Source: the human T2T-CHM13v2.0 reference genome, Homo sapiens
Assembly: GCF_009914755.1 (NCBI RefSeq)
Contig: NC_060936.1
DNA length: 64,000 bases
Direction: 5' to 3' (one strand)
Both the position numbers and the translations under genes were made by a program. This document shows positions 16,088-32,859 of the stretch, in pieces; the stretch's first letter is position 1, and the number at the start of each line of letters is the position of its first letter. The notes beneath the pieces are model-generated. The model was not told where the DNA came from. It saw nothing but the letters and a program-made list of their open reading frames with translations, and did no database searches.

Positions 16088-17809
16088 CTAGTGTCTTGGT
16101 AGGGGGACGATTGGTGGAGCTTTCTATTTGGCCATCTTGCTCCACTCCTCTCCTCAAGCCTTTTTAAACAATGTTACAGACTCCTGAAGATTCAAATGAT
16201 CATTGGCCATAAACAACCAGGACACCAGGACAATGTTACCAAGCAAGGGCTTTGAATCCAGAGCTGAATACTGACTGCCTGGCCCAGTATGTCTGAGGAT
16301 GAAGGACTCCCTTTATTTCTAGCGACTCAATTTTTTTCTCTCTTAAAACTAGTTGATATTGTTGTCAGACTGCAATCTGTAGACACACTGCTCAGTAGGA
16401 AAGCTCTCAGGGGCAAACAACATTTCATTTCTGAATCATTTGGATAATAGAGACCATAAAATTTCCAGAGAAACCAAAAAAATGTTTCAGATGATTCCAA
16501 ATGACAGAGGAACTTTGCTTGTTAACAAGAAGGGACACTTTCACCTAAATGGCTACCAGTATACAAACACACCCATGCAGTTATATGCCCTGAAATTTAT
16601 CTTGCTAATTAGACAGCAACCTCACACTCAAGAAGCCACTCAGAAGTGGGACACTTCTCAAGTCTTTTAAATAAATTTTACTTGCAAAAATTCCTTCTGT
16701 TTCACATTTCTGAAATAGAGTTCTTTGAATGCTACTATGTCTTTGTCACATATCCATTCTTTTAATTACTTTTTCATCTCCTAGTCCGCCAGTTCTAGTA
16801 TTCTTTTGATCTCCAAGGAAGATATAAAACCTCTCAAACCTATTGCATTGATACTGTTGGCTCATCCCTCATGGATTAACCAGTACTTCCTTAACACTTT
16901 ACTCACCATAACAGTGCTATTGTACCCCTTCTCTTGTATGTGAATATCTACAGAAAGGAGATGTAGTTTATTCTCCTGAACCAAAAAGCAGAGAAGAAAG
17001 ATTAACCAGAAAAAGCCATGGATTATGGGCCAAAGCCATTTCAACTGCTATACTTGTAGTGAAGTAGCTTTCACAGTTATTTTTTTTGAAAAGAGGAGGA
17101 TTGTATTCTTTCACATTTGAAAAGAAAAAGAGAGTATGGGTGGGATGAGATTTTAATGGATATTTATGGTTTATAGTTAAAATGGATTATGTCATTCTGA
17201 GGTTCCTCATCACCTCTAAACCTGCATTGTGAGAATATTCTTTTAAACAGGATGAAAAATAAACAGTTATGTGAGCATTGCCATCTGGGTAGGCTCTGGT
17301 GATAACTTTCAAACTCCTCTTAGCATCTTTTAACAGATACTTTAAATGCATTCAGATGGTTCTGAGTAAGTGCTGTGGGAGTTAAAAGGATTTCAGCACT
17401 TCATCCTCTCTCAGTCAGCAGAATTTCCTGCTAAAGATCTCCAATTACTTTAGTACTTTGCAAACAGTGGTGAATGAAAGCACATCAGCACTACCCACAA
17501 GCAAGCTGCTTTCAGAAAACTTCCTCAGCTAGCATTGGCCTATTTGCTTGCTTTAAGCATAGTCTTATATGGTGGAGGATGGCCCTGATGGAGGTTCTTG
17601 GAGGTGTGCAGCGGAACTAGAACTGGAAAGGCTCTGGCTTCAGTCACTGACCCTAAGAGTTTAAAAGCTGGCTATGGAGATGTCACCTGAAGGGGAAAGC
17701 AGCCAATTGGCTTAATAGACAGCATTTAGAGACCTCTAAAAGCAATAGTAAGTCCAGTTTAATTCACAGAACAAACCACTGCAATTCATTGTGGGTGCCT
17801 TGATTTAAA

Positions 17810-18550
17810 ATATCAAGGAAGTTCTGAAGAATCGAGTCATTTCATACACAGCTGGTAGGGGAGGAAATCGGAACACCTATTCTGATCAAACAAATAAAAA
17901 ACTTAATTGAGCATATCACTTGACTAAACAATTTCTCTTCTGGAATTTATCCTAAGAGGATAATCAGAAAAGTATGCAAATACCTACGTACAGAAATGTT
18001 TATGGTGGGCTTGTCATTCGAAGCAATCTGAATGCTCATATTAAGTACTTTATTAAATAAACTATGGTTCATAATTACAAAGGACTATCTACCCATTAAA
18101 AATAGATTAAGTATTCACATAGAACAAAATGTTCATGATATGTTTTCAGGTGATAAAGGCAGATTATATAATTACAGGTTGAGCATTCCTAATCTAAAAA
18201 TCTGAAATCCAAAATGCTTCAAACTCAGAGACTTTTTGAGCAGCGACATAATATTCCAAGTGGAAAATGGAAAATTCCACACCTAGTTACACAATACAGA
18301 CTTTGTTTCATGCACAAAGTTGGTAAAACTACCATATGAAATTACCTTCAGACTATGTATACAAGGTATGTATAAGACATTAGTAAATTTGGAGTTTAAC
18401 CTTGGGTCCCATCCCCAAGATATCTCATTATGCATGTGAAAATATTTCAAAATCTGAAAAACCGCCAGATTCGAAACTCTTCTTGTCCCATGCATTTCTG
18501 ATAAGTGATATTTAACCTGTATATATGTAATATGGTCCATTTGTATTGAG
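17810..18550 (+). mobile_element. Ancient L1M (L1ME-like) 3' fragment, interrupted by Tigger4b
   Basis: Decayed L1 3'-end motifs (CATACAC.GCTGGT.GG; CAATTTC.CTTCTGGAATTTATCCTAAG; TTAAATAAACTATGGT.CAT). Confidence 0.65.
18175..18519 (+). mobile_element. Tigger4b (TcMar-Tigger) DNA transposon MITE
   Basis: TIRs CAGGTTGAGCATTCCT..GATATTTAACCTG with TA on both sides; internal CTTGGGTCCCATCCCCAAGATATCTCATTATG. Confidence 0.9.
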
Positions 18551-18609
18551 TGAATGAATAAACAGTTGAATGCACTCTTCCTGGCTTCCTCACTCCTGTT
18601 ACCAAATTC

Positions 18610-19144
18610 TGCATCAGTCAGGTTTAACAAGAGAAGTAGAGTCAGTAGGAGATATGTGTATATATATGAAGGGATTTATTAAAGCAGGATTTGTTTATAC
18701 AATTACGGGGGCTGGTTAAGCCGTCTTGGAGGGCTACAAATCTGATGCTGGAGCATGAAGTTCTCAGTGCAGACAGGAAGAAAAGCTCACTAATAGGCTG
18801 GAACCTCGTAGGAATGGACTGAAACCTGCTCTTGGTGATGAAGGTATCCTGCAGAAGCTGGGAACTTTGTTATAGAGCTAAACATACAACCTTCAAGAAA
18901 AATTGAGGAAAGATTCAGGGGCAGGTAAAGCATCTGTAGGCCCAGTTGCTGCCCCACACCAGCAAGATGAGTCAGTGGACTAGCAACAGATGTGTCAACT
19001 ACAAAACGTCTGCTGCCTCCTGCCTGCCTTCCAAAAACTTTGCAAGAGTCTCCTTTTGACCCATCCTAACTGCAAATATACAAAAAGGAGAATTATTGAA
19101 ATTTTAGTTCAGACTAGCCAAGGTGACAATGCAGAACTCTCACA
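18610..19144 (-). mobile_element. MLT2-family (MLT2E/F-like) ERVL solo LTR
   Basis: Begins TGCATCAGTCAGG..GTAGGAGATAT..GATTTATT; ends TAGTTCAG.CTAGCCAAG.TGACA..CACA. Confidence 0.7.
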
Positions 19145-19344
19145 GAGGACAAGTTGGAATCTAGCTCAGGGTGAGAACCTCAAGGGACTGGCTACTCAAT
19201 GAAACCTCAAGTTAGACAGACTTGTTCACCCAGGTCTGGACAGGCAAAAAATTTCCCCATTCTTGAGAGGTTTTCTCTCTCCCCATGGCAAGATTGAGCA
19301 TTCAGAAGTTAAACTCATCTGTGATTCTTTTGAGAATGACAATA

Positions 19345-19555
19345 CAAAACACAGTAAAACACTGTGCAATTGTTCCAAGTGCTTTACATATATTTATTCA
19401 TTTGATTCTCACATCAAACTTATGGTAAAGATGAAGAAACTGAAACAGAAAGGGTTTAAATAACTGGCTATATAGCTCACAGCTGATAAAGGGGAGAGCT
19501 GGGATTTTTACTGAGCACTCTGGTTCTAAACCCATCTGCTTAGTCATTTTGCTAC
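19345..19555 (-). mobile_element. MIR
   Basis: Core AGATGAAGAAACTGAAACAGAAAGG and GTGCTTTACATATATT..CATTTGATTCTCAC. Confidence 0.8.
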
Positions 19556-19698
19556 CACGTCTCCGAGATAGTTACATAGCTATAAATTGGTGCCTATCAT
19601 AAAAACTCTGAAATATTACAAATTCCTTAAGATATAATAATGTTTACCATATTAAAGTATACTGTTTACTAAAGACAGAAAATCAGTTAATAGATTTT

Positions 19699-19973
19699 TT
19701 TTTTTTTTTTTGGAGTCTCGCTCTGTCACCCAGGCTGGAGTGCAATGGCGTGATCATGGCTCACTGCAATTTCGGCTTCCCAGGTTCCATGCCATTCTCC
19801 TGCCTCAGCCTCCTGACTAGCTGGGACTACAGGTGCCCGCCACCATGCCCGGCTAATTTTTTGTATTTTTAGTAGAGACGGTTTCACCGTGTTAGCCAGG
19901 ATGGTCTTGATCTCCTGACCTCGTGATCCACCTGCCTCAGTCTCCCAAAGTGGTGGGATTACAGGCATGAGCC
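19699..19973 (-). mobile_element. AluY, about 12 nt short at its 5' end
   Basis: CCGTGTTAGCCAGGATGG, GACCTCGTGATCC, GCCATTCTCC; perfect TSD TCAGTTAATAGATTTT at 19683-19698 and 19974-19989. Confidence 0.95.
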
Positions 19974-21049
19974 TCAGTTAATAGATTTTAAACAAAATTT
20001 TCAGAACAAAGTTGTTTTAAAGCATAATTTTCAAAATGACAAAATCATAATTTCCATACAGATACAAAATGAACATTGTCAAAGATTCTATTTAATTCTT
20101 TGATTAATGAGAAAATCCGTAAGATACTGAGACAGATTCAAATGAGAAATTGGCTTACAGATACTCATATTCTCCACTGGAGAAATTAAATCACCATGAA
20201 CAGAAACCATTTGCTTTGCTATACACAAGAAATACTTGTATTCTTACCGGTTTTCTACAAGGGTAATACCATATCACTACAGATTTTATAAAATGGCCTT
20301 GTCAAAAGCAATCAAAGGTACACACCCCATAGAATCAGCTAATCCCTGGAGAGTCTGCTAGACATTTGCAATATTAATCTGATGGACAGTTGGCAATCTC
20401 TCTTGGCCATTTCCAAGGGGTTGATACCTTTCCTGACAAATGAAATGAAATTTCCTTACTGAATTAGAATGAGCCATTCATAAAGCATTCTAGTTACTCC
20501 GCACTGTATTGTAACTGTCAAATTCTCTAAGGACATTTCCCATTCTAAAATTTTATGATTCTAAGAAAATAGGGTATTCCACAACTTAGATATTATAAGA
20601 ATAAGATGATAGTAATTTTACTTTCTTGTTTTCATTGCTATTCTAATTTGGGGGATATTGCAGGAATTTTTTTTTAACCGCAAAGTTTTATCAGGGGAAA
20701 TTATTAAAAATAGGTGAGAAAAAAATTTAAAATTCAGTTCATGAGAATAAGAAAGATAGATGGGTCAGTGGTATAAAAACAGATATATGGATAATATTGT
20801 TAAAAATAAGGCAGTGGACTGTGATCTACAAGTGTCCCAAGCAGATACTGTAAATATATTTATTTCCTTACCGAGAGTCTCAAAAACCATGACCCCGAAG
20901 TTGCTGGGTCCTAAGCAACTGAGTCAGTGAAGTTCACCTGCCTGATTGGGATCAGTGGGAAAGTAAACATTCTGAGATTCCAATCAGGCCACTAAGGAGA
21001 AATGCTTAATTTTTTAATTCAAAAAATATTTTAAGTTTACATTTTTTCC

Positions 21050-21715
21050 CTTTTGTGAGGTATAATTGACAATAAAATTATATAAATTTAAAGTGTACAT
21101 GATGATTTGATATACATATATATGGTAAAATGATTGTCACAATTAAGTTGGTTAACACATCCATCACCTCCCATAGCTACCTTTTTTGTGTGTGGCAAAA
21201 CTATTTAAGATCTACTCTCTTAGTAAATTTCAAGTAGACAATACAACATTATTAACCATAGTCACCATACTGTACATTAGATCCCTAGAACTTATTCATC
21301 ACATAACTGAAGGTTTGTACCCTTCAATAAACAGCTCCCATTTTCCCCACCTCCTTTCCCTGGGAAAACATCATTTTATTTTCAGTTTCAGTGAGTTCAA
21401 CTTTTTGAATTCCACATGTACATGAAATCATACAGTATTTGTCTTACTCTCTCTGAGTTATTTTACTTAGCTTAATGCCCACGAGTTTCATCCACGTAGT
21501 TACAAATGACAGGATTTCCTTCTTTTTATGGCTGAATTATATTCCATTGTGTGTGTGTTGTGGGGGTGTGGGTGTGGATCACATTTTCTTTATCCATTAA
21601 TCTGTCCTTGGACACTTACATTGTTTCCATGTCTTGTCTATTGTGGGTAATGCTTCACTGAACATGGGAGTGCAGATATGTCTTTGAGATACTGGTTTTG
21701 TTTCCTTCATATATG
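21050..21715 (-). mobile_element. L1MA8-10-like 3' end fragment
   Basis: GAGGTATAATTGACA..AAAGTGTACA..; antisense ICTPMFSEALPTIDKTWKQCKCP homologous to the ORF2 C-terminus. Confidence 0.85.
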
Positions 21716-23619
21716 GAGGGATGCTTAGTTTTATGTAACAAGGACAATGGCACAGAAGAGAACACATTATGTAAAATGAAAAAAGAAAGAGTCCCAGAAG
21801 TAACAAAATTCCACTGGGATCCTTCTGAGATGACACTGATGGGTTGAGGGAACCTGCAGTGTTAAACATGTTAGAAGATGGCCTCTCCACTTGTGCAGTA
21901 AGATGCAGGCCTCTGTATTGTGATGACGCAGGTTTCACAGGGGGACTGTAAGAACAAAGGAATCAAATGAACCTGATTCTCTCGTGGAGTCACAGTAAGC
22001 AGGAAGAACCCATTTGGAAGTACTCATATCAGTACACTCAGAGGTACCCTAACTATATTACTGCTGCTTTCAGAAGTGCTCAAGGAATAGTTGAATACTG
22101 AATGTTAGAGCATTATTTCAAAAAGACTTTGAACTCCTGGGAGGATAGTCATTAGATAAAGTATTAATCATTTAATGGGCTTTAATTTCTCTCATTATAT
22201 GGCAAGCAAGAATTGAAAATGTTTAGCCCATAAATCCATTTAATCTAATTTGTAACCTAAAGCACCAGATTTCCTTTCTGCATTACCAGTGTGCGTTTAG
22301 GTGCAAAGCTTCCTTCTGAGCAATGGGAAATCATAAGGAGAGGGGCTGTGCCCTCAAGTTGTTTAAATTTTGGTTGAACAAATAAAACAAACATAAACAG
22401 AAAAACATCCATAAACAGGGGTGTCAAGGCCTAGGGTGCTAGTTCTGGATCTAGCACTGATAAATTGTTTGAGCCTGAACTTCTAGCTCCCAAACTACTT
22501 AATTCTGTTTTCTAAATATGAGTTAACAAATAGTAAATTTAGCTGAAGGCATAAAAAGCAGTGTTCAGAATTGTGGCTTAAGAAAGATTCAGCTGGGGGT
22601 GGTTCCAAGATGGCCGAATAGAAACAGCTCCACTCTACGGCTCCCAGCATGAGAGATGCAGAAGGTGGGTGATTTCTGCATTTCCAACTGAGGTACCAGG
22701 TTCATCTCACTGGGGCTTGTTGGACAGTGGGTGCAGGACAGCGGGTGCAGCCCACCGAGCGTGAGCCAAAGCAGGGCGAGGCATCGCCTCCCCTGGGAAG
22801 CACAAGGGGTCAGGGAATTCCCTTTCCTAGCCAAGGGAAGCTGGACAGATGGCACCTGGAAAATTGGGTCCTCCCACCCTAATACTGTGCTTTTCCAATG
22901 GTCTTAGCAAACGGCACACCAGGAGATTATATCCTGTGCCTGGCTCAGAGGGTCCCACGCCCACAGAGCCTCGCTCATTGTTAGCACAGCAGTCTGAGAT
23001 CTAACTGCAAGGTGGCAGCGAGGATGTGGGAGGGGCACCCACCATTGCTGAGTCTTGAGTAGGTAAACAAAGTGGCCGGGAAGTTTGAACCAGGTGGAGG
23101 CCACCTCAGCTCAAGGAGGCCTGACTGCCTCTGTAGACTCCACCTCTGGGGGCAGGGCATAGCCAAACAAAAGGCAGCAGAAATCTCTGCAGACTTAAAT
23201 GTCCCTGTCTGACAGCTTTGAAGAGAGTGGTGGTTCTCCCAGCATGGAGTTTGAGATCTGAGAACGGACAGACTGCCTCCTCAAGTGGGTCCCCGACCCC
23301 TGAGTAGCCTAACTGGGAGGGACCCCCCAGTAGGGGCAGACTGACACCTCACACGGCCGGTACCTCTCTGAGATGAAGCTTCCCAAGGAACGATAAGGCA
23401 GCAACATTTGCTGTTCAGCAATATTCGCTGTTCTGCAGCCTCCACTGCTGATACCCAGGCAAACAGGGTCTGGACTGGACCTCCAGCAAACTCCAACAGA
23501 CCTGCAGCTGAGGGTCCTGACTACTGGAAGGAAAACTAACAAACAGAAAGGATATCCACACCAAAACCCCATCTGTACATCACCATCATCAAAGACCAAA
23601 GGTAGATAAAACCACAAAG

Positions 23620-24634
23620 ATGGAGAAAAAACAGAGCAGAAAACCTGAGAATTCTAAAAATTGAGTGCCTCTCCCGCTCCAAAGGAATGCAGCTCCTCAC
23701 CAGCAATGGAACAAAGCTGCACAGAGAATGACTTTAAAGAGTTGAGAGAAGAAAGCTTCAGATGATCAAACTTCTCCAAGCTAAAGAAGGAACTTCGAAC
23801 CTATCACAAAGAAGCTAAAAACCTTGAAAAAAAATCGACGAATGGGTAACTAGAATAACCAGTGTAGAGAAGTCATTAAATGACCTGATGGAGCTGAAAA
23901 CCATGGCACGAGAACTACGTGTTGAATGTACAAGCTTCAGTAGCCAATTCGATCAACTGGAAGAAAGGTTATCAGTGATGGAAGATCAAATGAATGAAAT
24001 GAAGCGAGAAGAGAAGTTTAGAGAAAAAAGGGTAAAAAGAAACTGACAAAGACTCCAAGAAATATGGGACTATGTGAAATGACCAAATCTATGTATGATC
24101 GGTGTACCTGAAAGTGACGGGGAGCATGGAACCAAGTTGGAAAACACTCTTCAGGATATTATCCAGGAGAACTTCCCCAACCTAGCAAGGCAGGCCAACA
24201 TTCAAATTCAGGAAATACATAGAATGCCACAAAGATACTCCTTGAGAAGAGCAACCCCAAGACACATAATTGTCAGATTCACCAAAGTTGAAATGAAGGA
24301 AAAAATGTTAAGGGCAGCCAGAGAGAAAGGTCGGGTTACTCACAAAGGGAAGCCCGTCAGACTAACAGCAGATCTCTCGGCAGAAACCCTACAAGCCAGA
24401 AGAGAGTGGGGGCCAATATTCAACATTCTTAAGGAAAAGAATTTTCAACCCAGAATTTCATATCCAGCCAAACTAAGCTTCATAAGTGAAGGAGAAATGA
24501 AATCCTTTACAGACAAGCAAATGCTAAGAGATTTTGTCACCACCAGGCCTGCCCTAAAAGAGCTCCTGAAGGAAGCACTAAACATGGAAAGGAACAACTT
24601 GTACCAGCCACTGCAAAAACATGCCAAATTGTAA
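23620..24634 (+). pseudogene. L1 ORF1p, disrupted in the N-terminal half
   Basis: ATG at 23620 (MEKKQSRK); stops and frameshifts; C-terminal 179 aa open (RATPRHIIVRF, ARREWGPIF, YPAKLSF, KHAKL*). Confidence 0.92.
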
Positions 24635-24697
24635 AGAACATCGATGCTAGGAAGAAACTGCACCAACTAAGGGGCAAAATAACCAGCTAACATCATA

Positions 24698-28536
<3,839 letters not shown>

Positions 28537-28750
28537 ACAATGAGAACACTTAGACACAGGAAGGAGAACATCACACATTGAGGCCTGTTGTGGGGTAGGG
28601 GAAGGGGGGAGGGATAGCATTAGGAGATATACCTAATGTAAATGACGAGTTAATGGGTGCAGCACACCAACATGGCACATGTATACATATGTAACAAACC
28701 TGCACGTTTTGCACATGTACCCTGGAACTTAAAGTATAAGAAAAAAAAAG

Positions 28751-29160
28751 AAAAGAAAATGTGGCACATATACATCATGGAATACTATGCAGCCATAAAA
28801 AAGGATGAGTTCATGTCCTTTGCAGGGACATGGATGAAGCTGGAAACCATCATTCTCAGCAAACTATCGCAAGGACAAAAAACCAAACACTGCACGTTCT
28901 CACTCATAGGTGGGAATTGAACAATGAGAACACTTGGACACAGGAAGGGGAACATACACACCGGGACCTGTCATGGGGTTGGGGGAGGGGGGAGCGATAG
29001 CATTAAGAGATATACCTAATGTAAATGACGAGTTAATGGGTGCAGCACACCAACATGGCACATGTATACATATGTAACAAACCTGCACGTTGTGCACATG
29101 TACCCTAGAACTTAAAGTATAATAAAAAAAAGAAAGCAAAAACAACAAAAACAAAAAAAA
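28751..29160 (+). mobile_element. Second, 5'-truncated L1PA5/6-like 3' end (about 370 bp plus A-rich tail) directly after the first poly(A)
   Basis: Restarts at AAGAAAATGTGGCACATATAC; differs from the first copy (TTTGCAGGGAC vs TTTGTAGGGAC; CCTGTCATGGGG vs CCTGTTGTGGGG). Confidence 0.92.
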
Positions 29161-29254
29161 TGAAATTACATATAAACTTATAATTAAATAAATGTATTCA
29201 ACTCAAAGGTAAAAATACCCATTATCTCCAAATTTTTTAACTACAAAAAAAAAA
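29161..29254 (+). other. Probable L1 3' transduction (84 bp non-repeat sequence + poly(A))
   Basis: Lies between the L1 tail and a new A-run (29245-29256), inside the L1 TSD pair; AATAAA at 29187-29192. Confidence 0.75.
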
Positions 29255-29269
29255 AAGAAAGATTCAGTT

Positions 29270-29805
<536 letters not shown>

Positions 29806-30254
29806 TGGTCATATATCTCTAAGATAGTATATCTTAGAGACGTTTTCTCCAGGGACCTTAGAGGTCCAAATTTTAGGAGACAATTACTGAAAGCCTGGGA
29901 AGTCCTGTTCAGGTAGGAATGGGGGATAGACCCCTTCAACAGGTTGCAAAATCATTTGTTTCACTCATCTCCACTACCAGAACCCTGTTTCAAGTAATCA
30001 TTTTCTCCTGTTAGAGCTAACAAGCTCTACAGACAACCCCACTGGGTCTCTTGCCACACCCAATCCAAGACAATTTTCACACTGTAGCCAGGGTGGTATT
30101 TCCAAAAGACAAATCTAATGCTGTCAATCTCTTCATAAATATTTGTCTGTTGAATACACAAAAGGTGTATTCACCTAATGAATACACAAAAGGTCATGCA
30201 GAGTTCATCCATATTTGGAGAATCAATTGTTGATGGAGAGGGCGAAGGGGGGCG

Positions 30255-30266
30255 GGGAAAGAGGGG

Positions 30267-30297
<31 letters not shown>

Positions 30298-30320
30298 AAG
30301 AGAGAGAATGAGAATGAGAA
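30255..30320. repeat. (GA)n / GA-rich microsatellite
   Basis: Seen directly. Confidence 0.9.
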
Positions 30321-31426
30321 TAATTGTGGAAGCCGAGCCAGGAAATGACATTATAAAAACTGAGGAAAAGAAGTCCCAGAAGTTGTTTGTAGACCAGAAT
30401 GGCATGGGGTTGGTTGGTGCTGGCTATGGGCAGGAAACAGAGGGTGGTGGCTGTCTTCCAGGGTGGGGTTGATGGAGAACAGGGTGGAAGCTGTGCAGTT
30501 GGACACAGAGGTTTCAACTGGGAAACATATCTGGGGAAACAATTCAGGCATTTGGGAAAGGTCTAAATGACAGGAAAACGAATAAGGAAAGATTAACCAT
30601 GAATATATGAATTCGAGGGACCCTCACAGATGGAGGAACAAAGCAAATAAATCTTGGTGCATTATTCCTTTAGCACCATAGCTATCAGGAATTTCAGAGG
30701 AAATCTACTTATGGCAAGTCCCAATTTTCTCAAGCTCTTCTACATTTATGATGTTTCCATCATAAACCAAACTTTTAATTAGAAATCACTTCTAGGAAAC
30801 AAAAGATTTTTCAAAGATAACATTTCTAGAACTGATTGATGATGGAAATCTTTGAATAATCCATTTATCATATGTTTTATTATTTCAATAACCTCAGGTT
30901 ATAGCCATCCTTTTATTTTATATTATATTTACCCTTAGGGTATAAATCTTTGCCTGTATTTAATCCTCATAATATATTATTTAACTATGCCAATAGGAAT
31001 AATCACTTCACCTTAACTTTAAACTCAAATTACGTAAGACTTTTTGGAGAAGTGCTCCTAATATATGAAGCATATTCTTTTAATTCTCAACTTACTGGTC
31101 CAGAAGGGAAATATATAGTATTTTGTTCAGTACTACTTTCTATTTTAGGTCAGGATACAGCTCAGAAAAACAAATATCACTTCCATCTCACATCTGACTA
31201 GGCAAATCTTTATTTTCCAATATGGATTATTTTTGGTTCAGTGAGTTTTATTTCAATTCTTTTTCTGTGCTATGTCTAGTTTCACATTATGATTAATGAC
31301 TGAAATTTCTTTGTCTTCCCTACAGTTGCCTTGAGAATTTGCATTGTTAGATCCATTCACTAATTATAAGGGTAAAATGACAATTCAATCTTGAATATAA
31401 ATATTGCTCTTAAAAATGCACAGATC

Positions 31427-31808
<382 letters not shown>

Positions 31809-31816
31809 TTACCTAT

Positions 31817-32192
31817 TGATATCGTTTAGATTTGTGTCCCCACCCAAATTTCACGTTAAATTGGAGAAGAGGCCTGGTGGGAGGTGATTGGATCATGGAG
31901 GTAGATTTCTCCTTGCTGTTTTCATGATAGTGAGGGAGTTCTCATGAGATCTAATGGTTTAAAAGTGTATAGCATCTCCCCCTTCACTCTCTTTCTCTCC
32001 TGCCACCATGTTAAGAAGGTGCTTGCTTCCCCTTCACCTTATGCCATGATTGTAAGTTTCCTGAGGCCTCCTATCCATGCTTCTTGTTAAGCCTATGGAA
32101 CTGTGAGTCAATTAAACCTTTAAACCTCTTTTCTTCATAAATTACCCAATCTCAGGTAGTTCTTTAAAGCAGTATGAGAAAGGACTAATACA
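31817..32192 (+). mobile_element. MSTA-like MaLR solo LTR
   Basis: TGATAT..GGACTAATACA termini; 5-bp TSD CCTAT at 31812-31816 and 32193-32197. Confidence 0.92.
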
Positions 32193-32859
32193 CCTATACT
32201 TTCAAGGTATAGCTTATAAAAAGTATCAGATTAACATTACAAATTAAACCCTCTATTTAGATCAAAGATATCAGAATGACTGAATATGATTCTCTTACTG
32301 ATAGATAATCTCGGCTCTCAAAAAAGCCACTTCTAAAAGTGTGAGTAATTTTCACAAAGCGATAATATAAACTAGAACTTCCAACTTAAAATAGTCATTT
32401 ATACAGAGAACACTGGCAGCAAGTTGTTTCAAATGATCAGTTTGAGAAACCAGCAGACATATCTTCTCTGAATTCCCCTATAACCCACAAGAATTCACTT
32501 CTCTAAATCTTAAAGCAGAGTTGCTTATGGAAAGCCCTAATTTCCAGAATTAGCAATATTCAAACACTAATTCTTGCTATTCAAAACTACAGACGTGTGC
32601 AGTCAAACTACACTATCATCCTGAAATGAGAAATCCATTTCTTTCTGGCTTTTGGGACATGTGAAAATAGCAGTTGAGTCTGGATTCTTTACAAGCCTCA
32701 ACAGGCATTGCTGAGAGATGTTGAGAGCAGCATTGGCATCCAACAGGCCTACGTTGTAAACCTGGCTCAGTAACCTGTGGGCTCAGCTGGTCCACTCTCT
32801 TCTGCCAATACCATGATCCAAATACACAGAATTTTTCCATTTCCTTTAATTAGCCAGTT

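Noticed and set aside
23002-23046. L1 ORF0 on the minus strand
   Set aside because: Reads MVGAPPTSSLPPCS then TAG, so it is truncated after 14 codons.
30215-30472. ER-repeat protein ORF
   Set aside because: Translation of a (GA)n microsatellite.
31326-31370. Plus-strand coding exon after a strong acceptor
   Set aside because: Stops in all three frames and only a weak donor.
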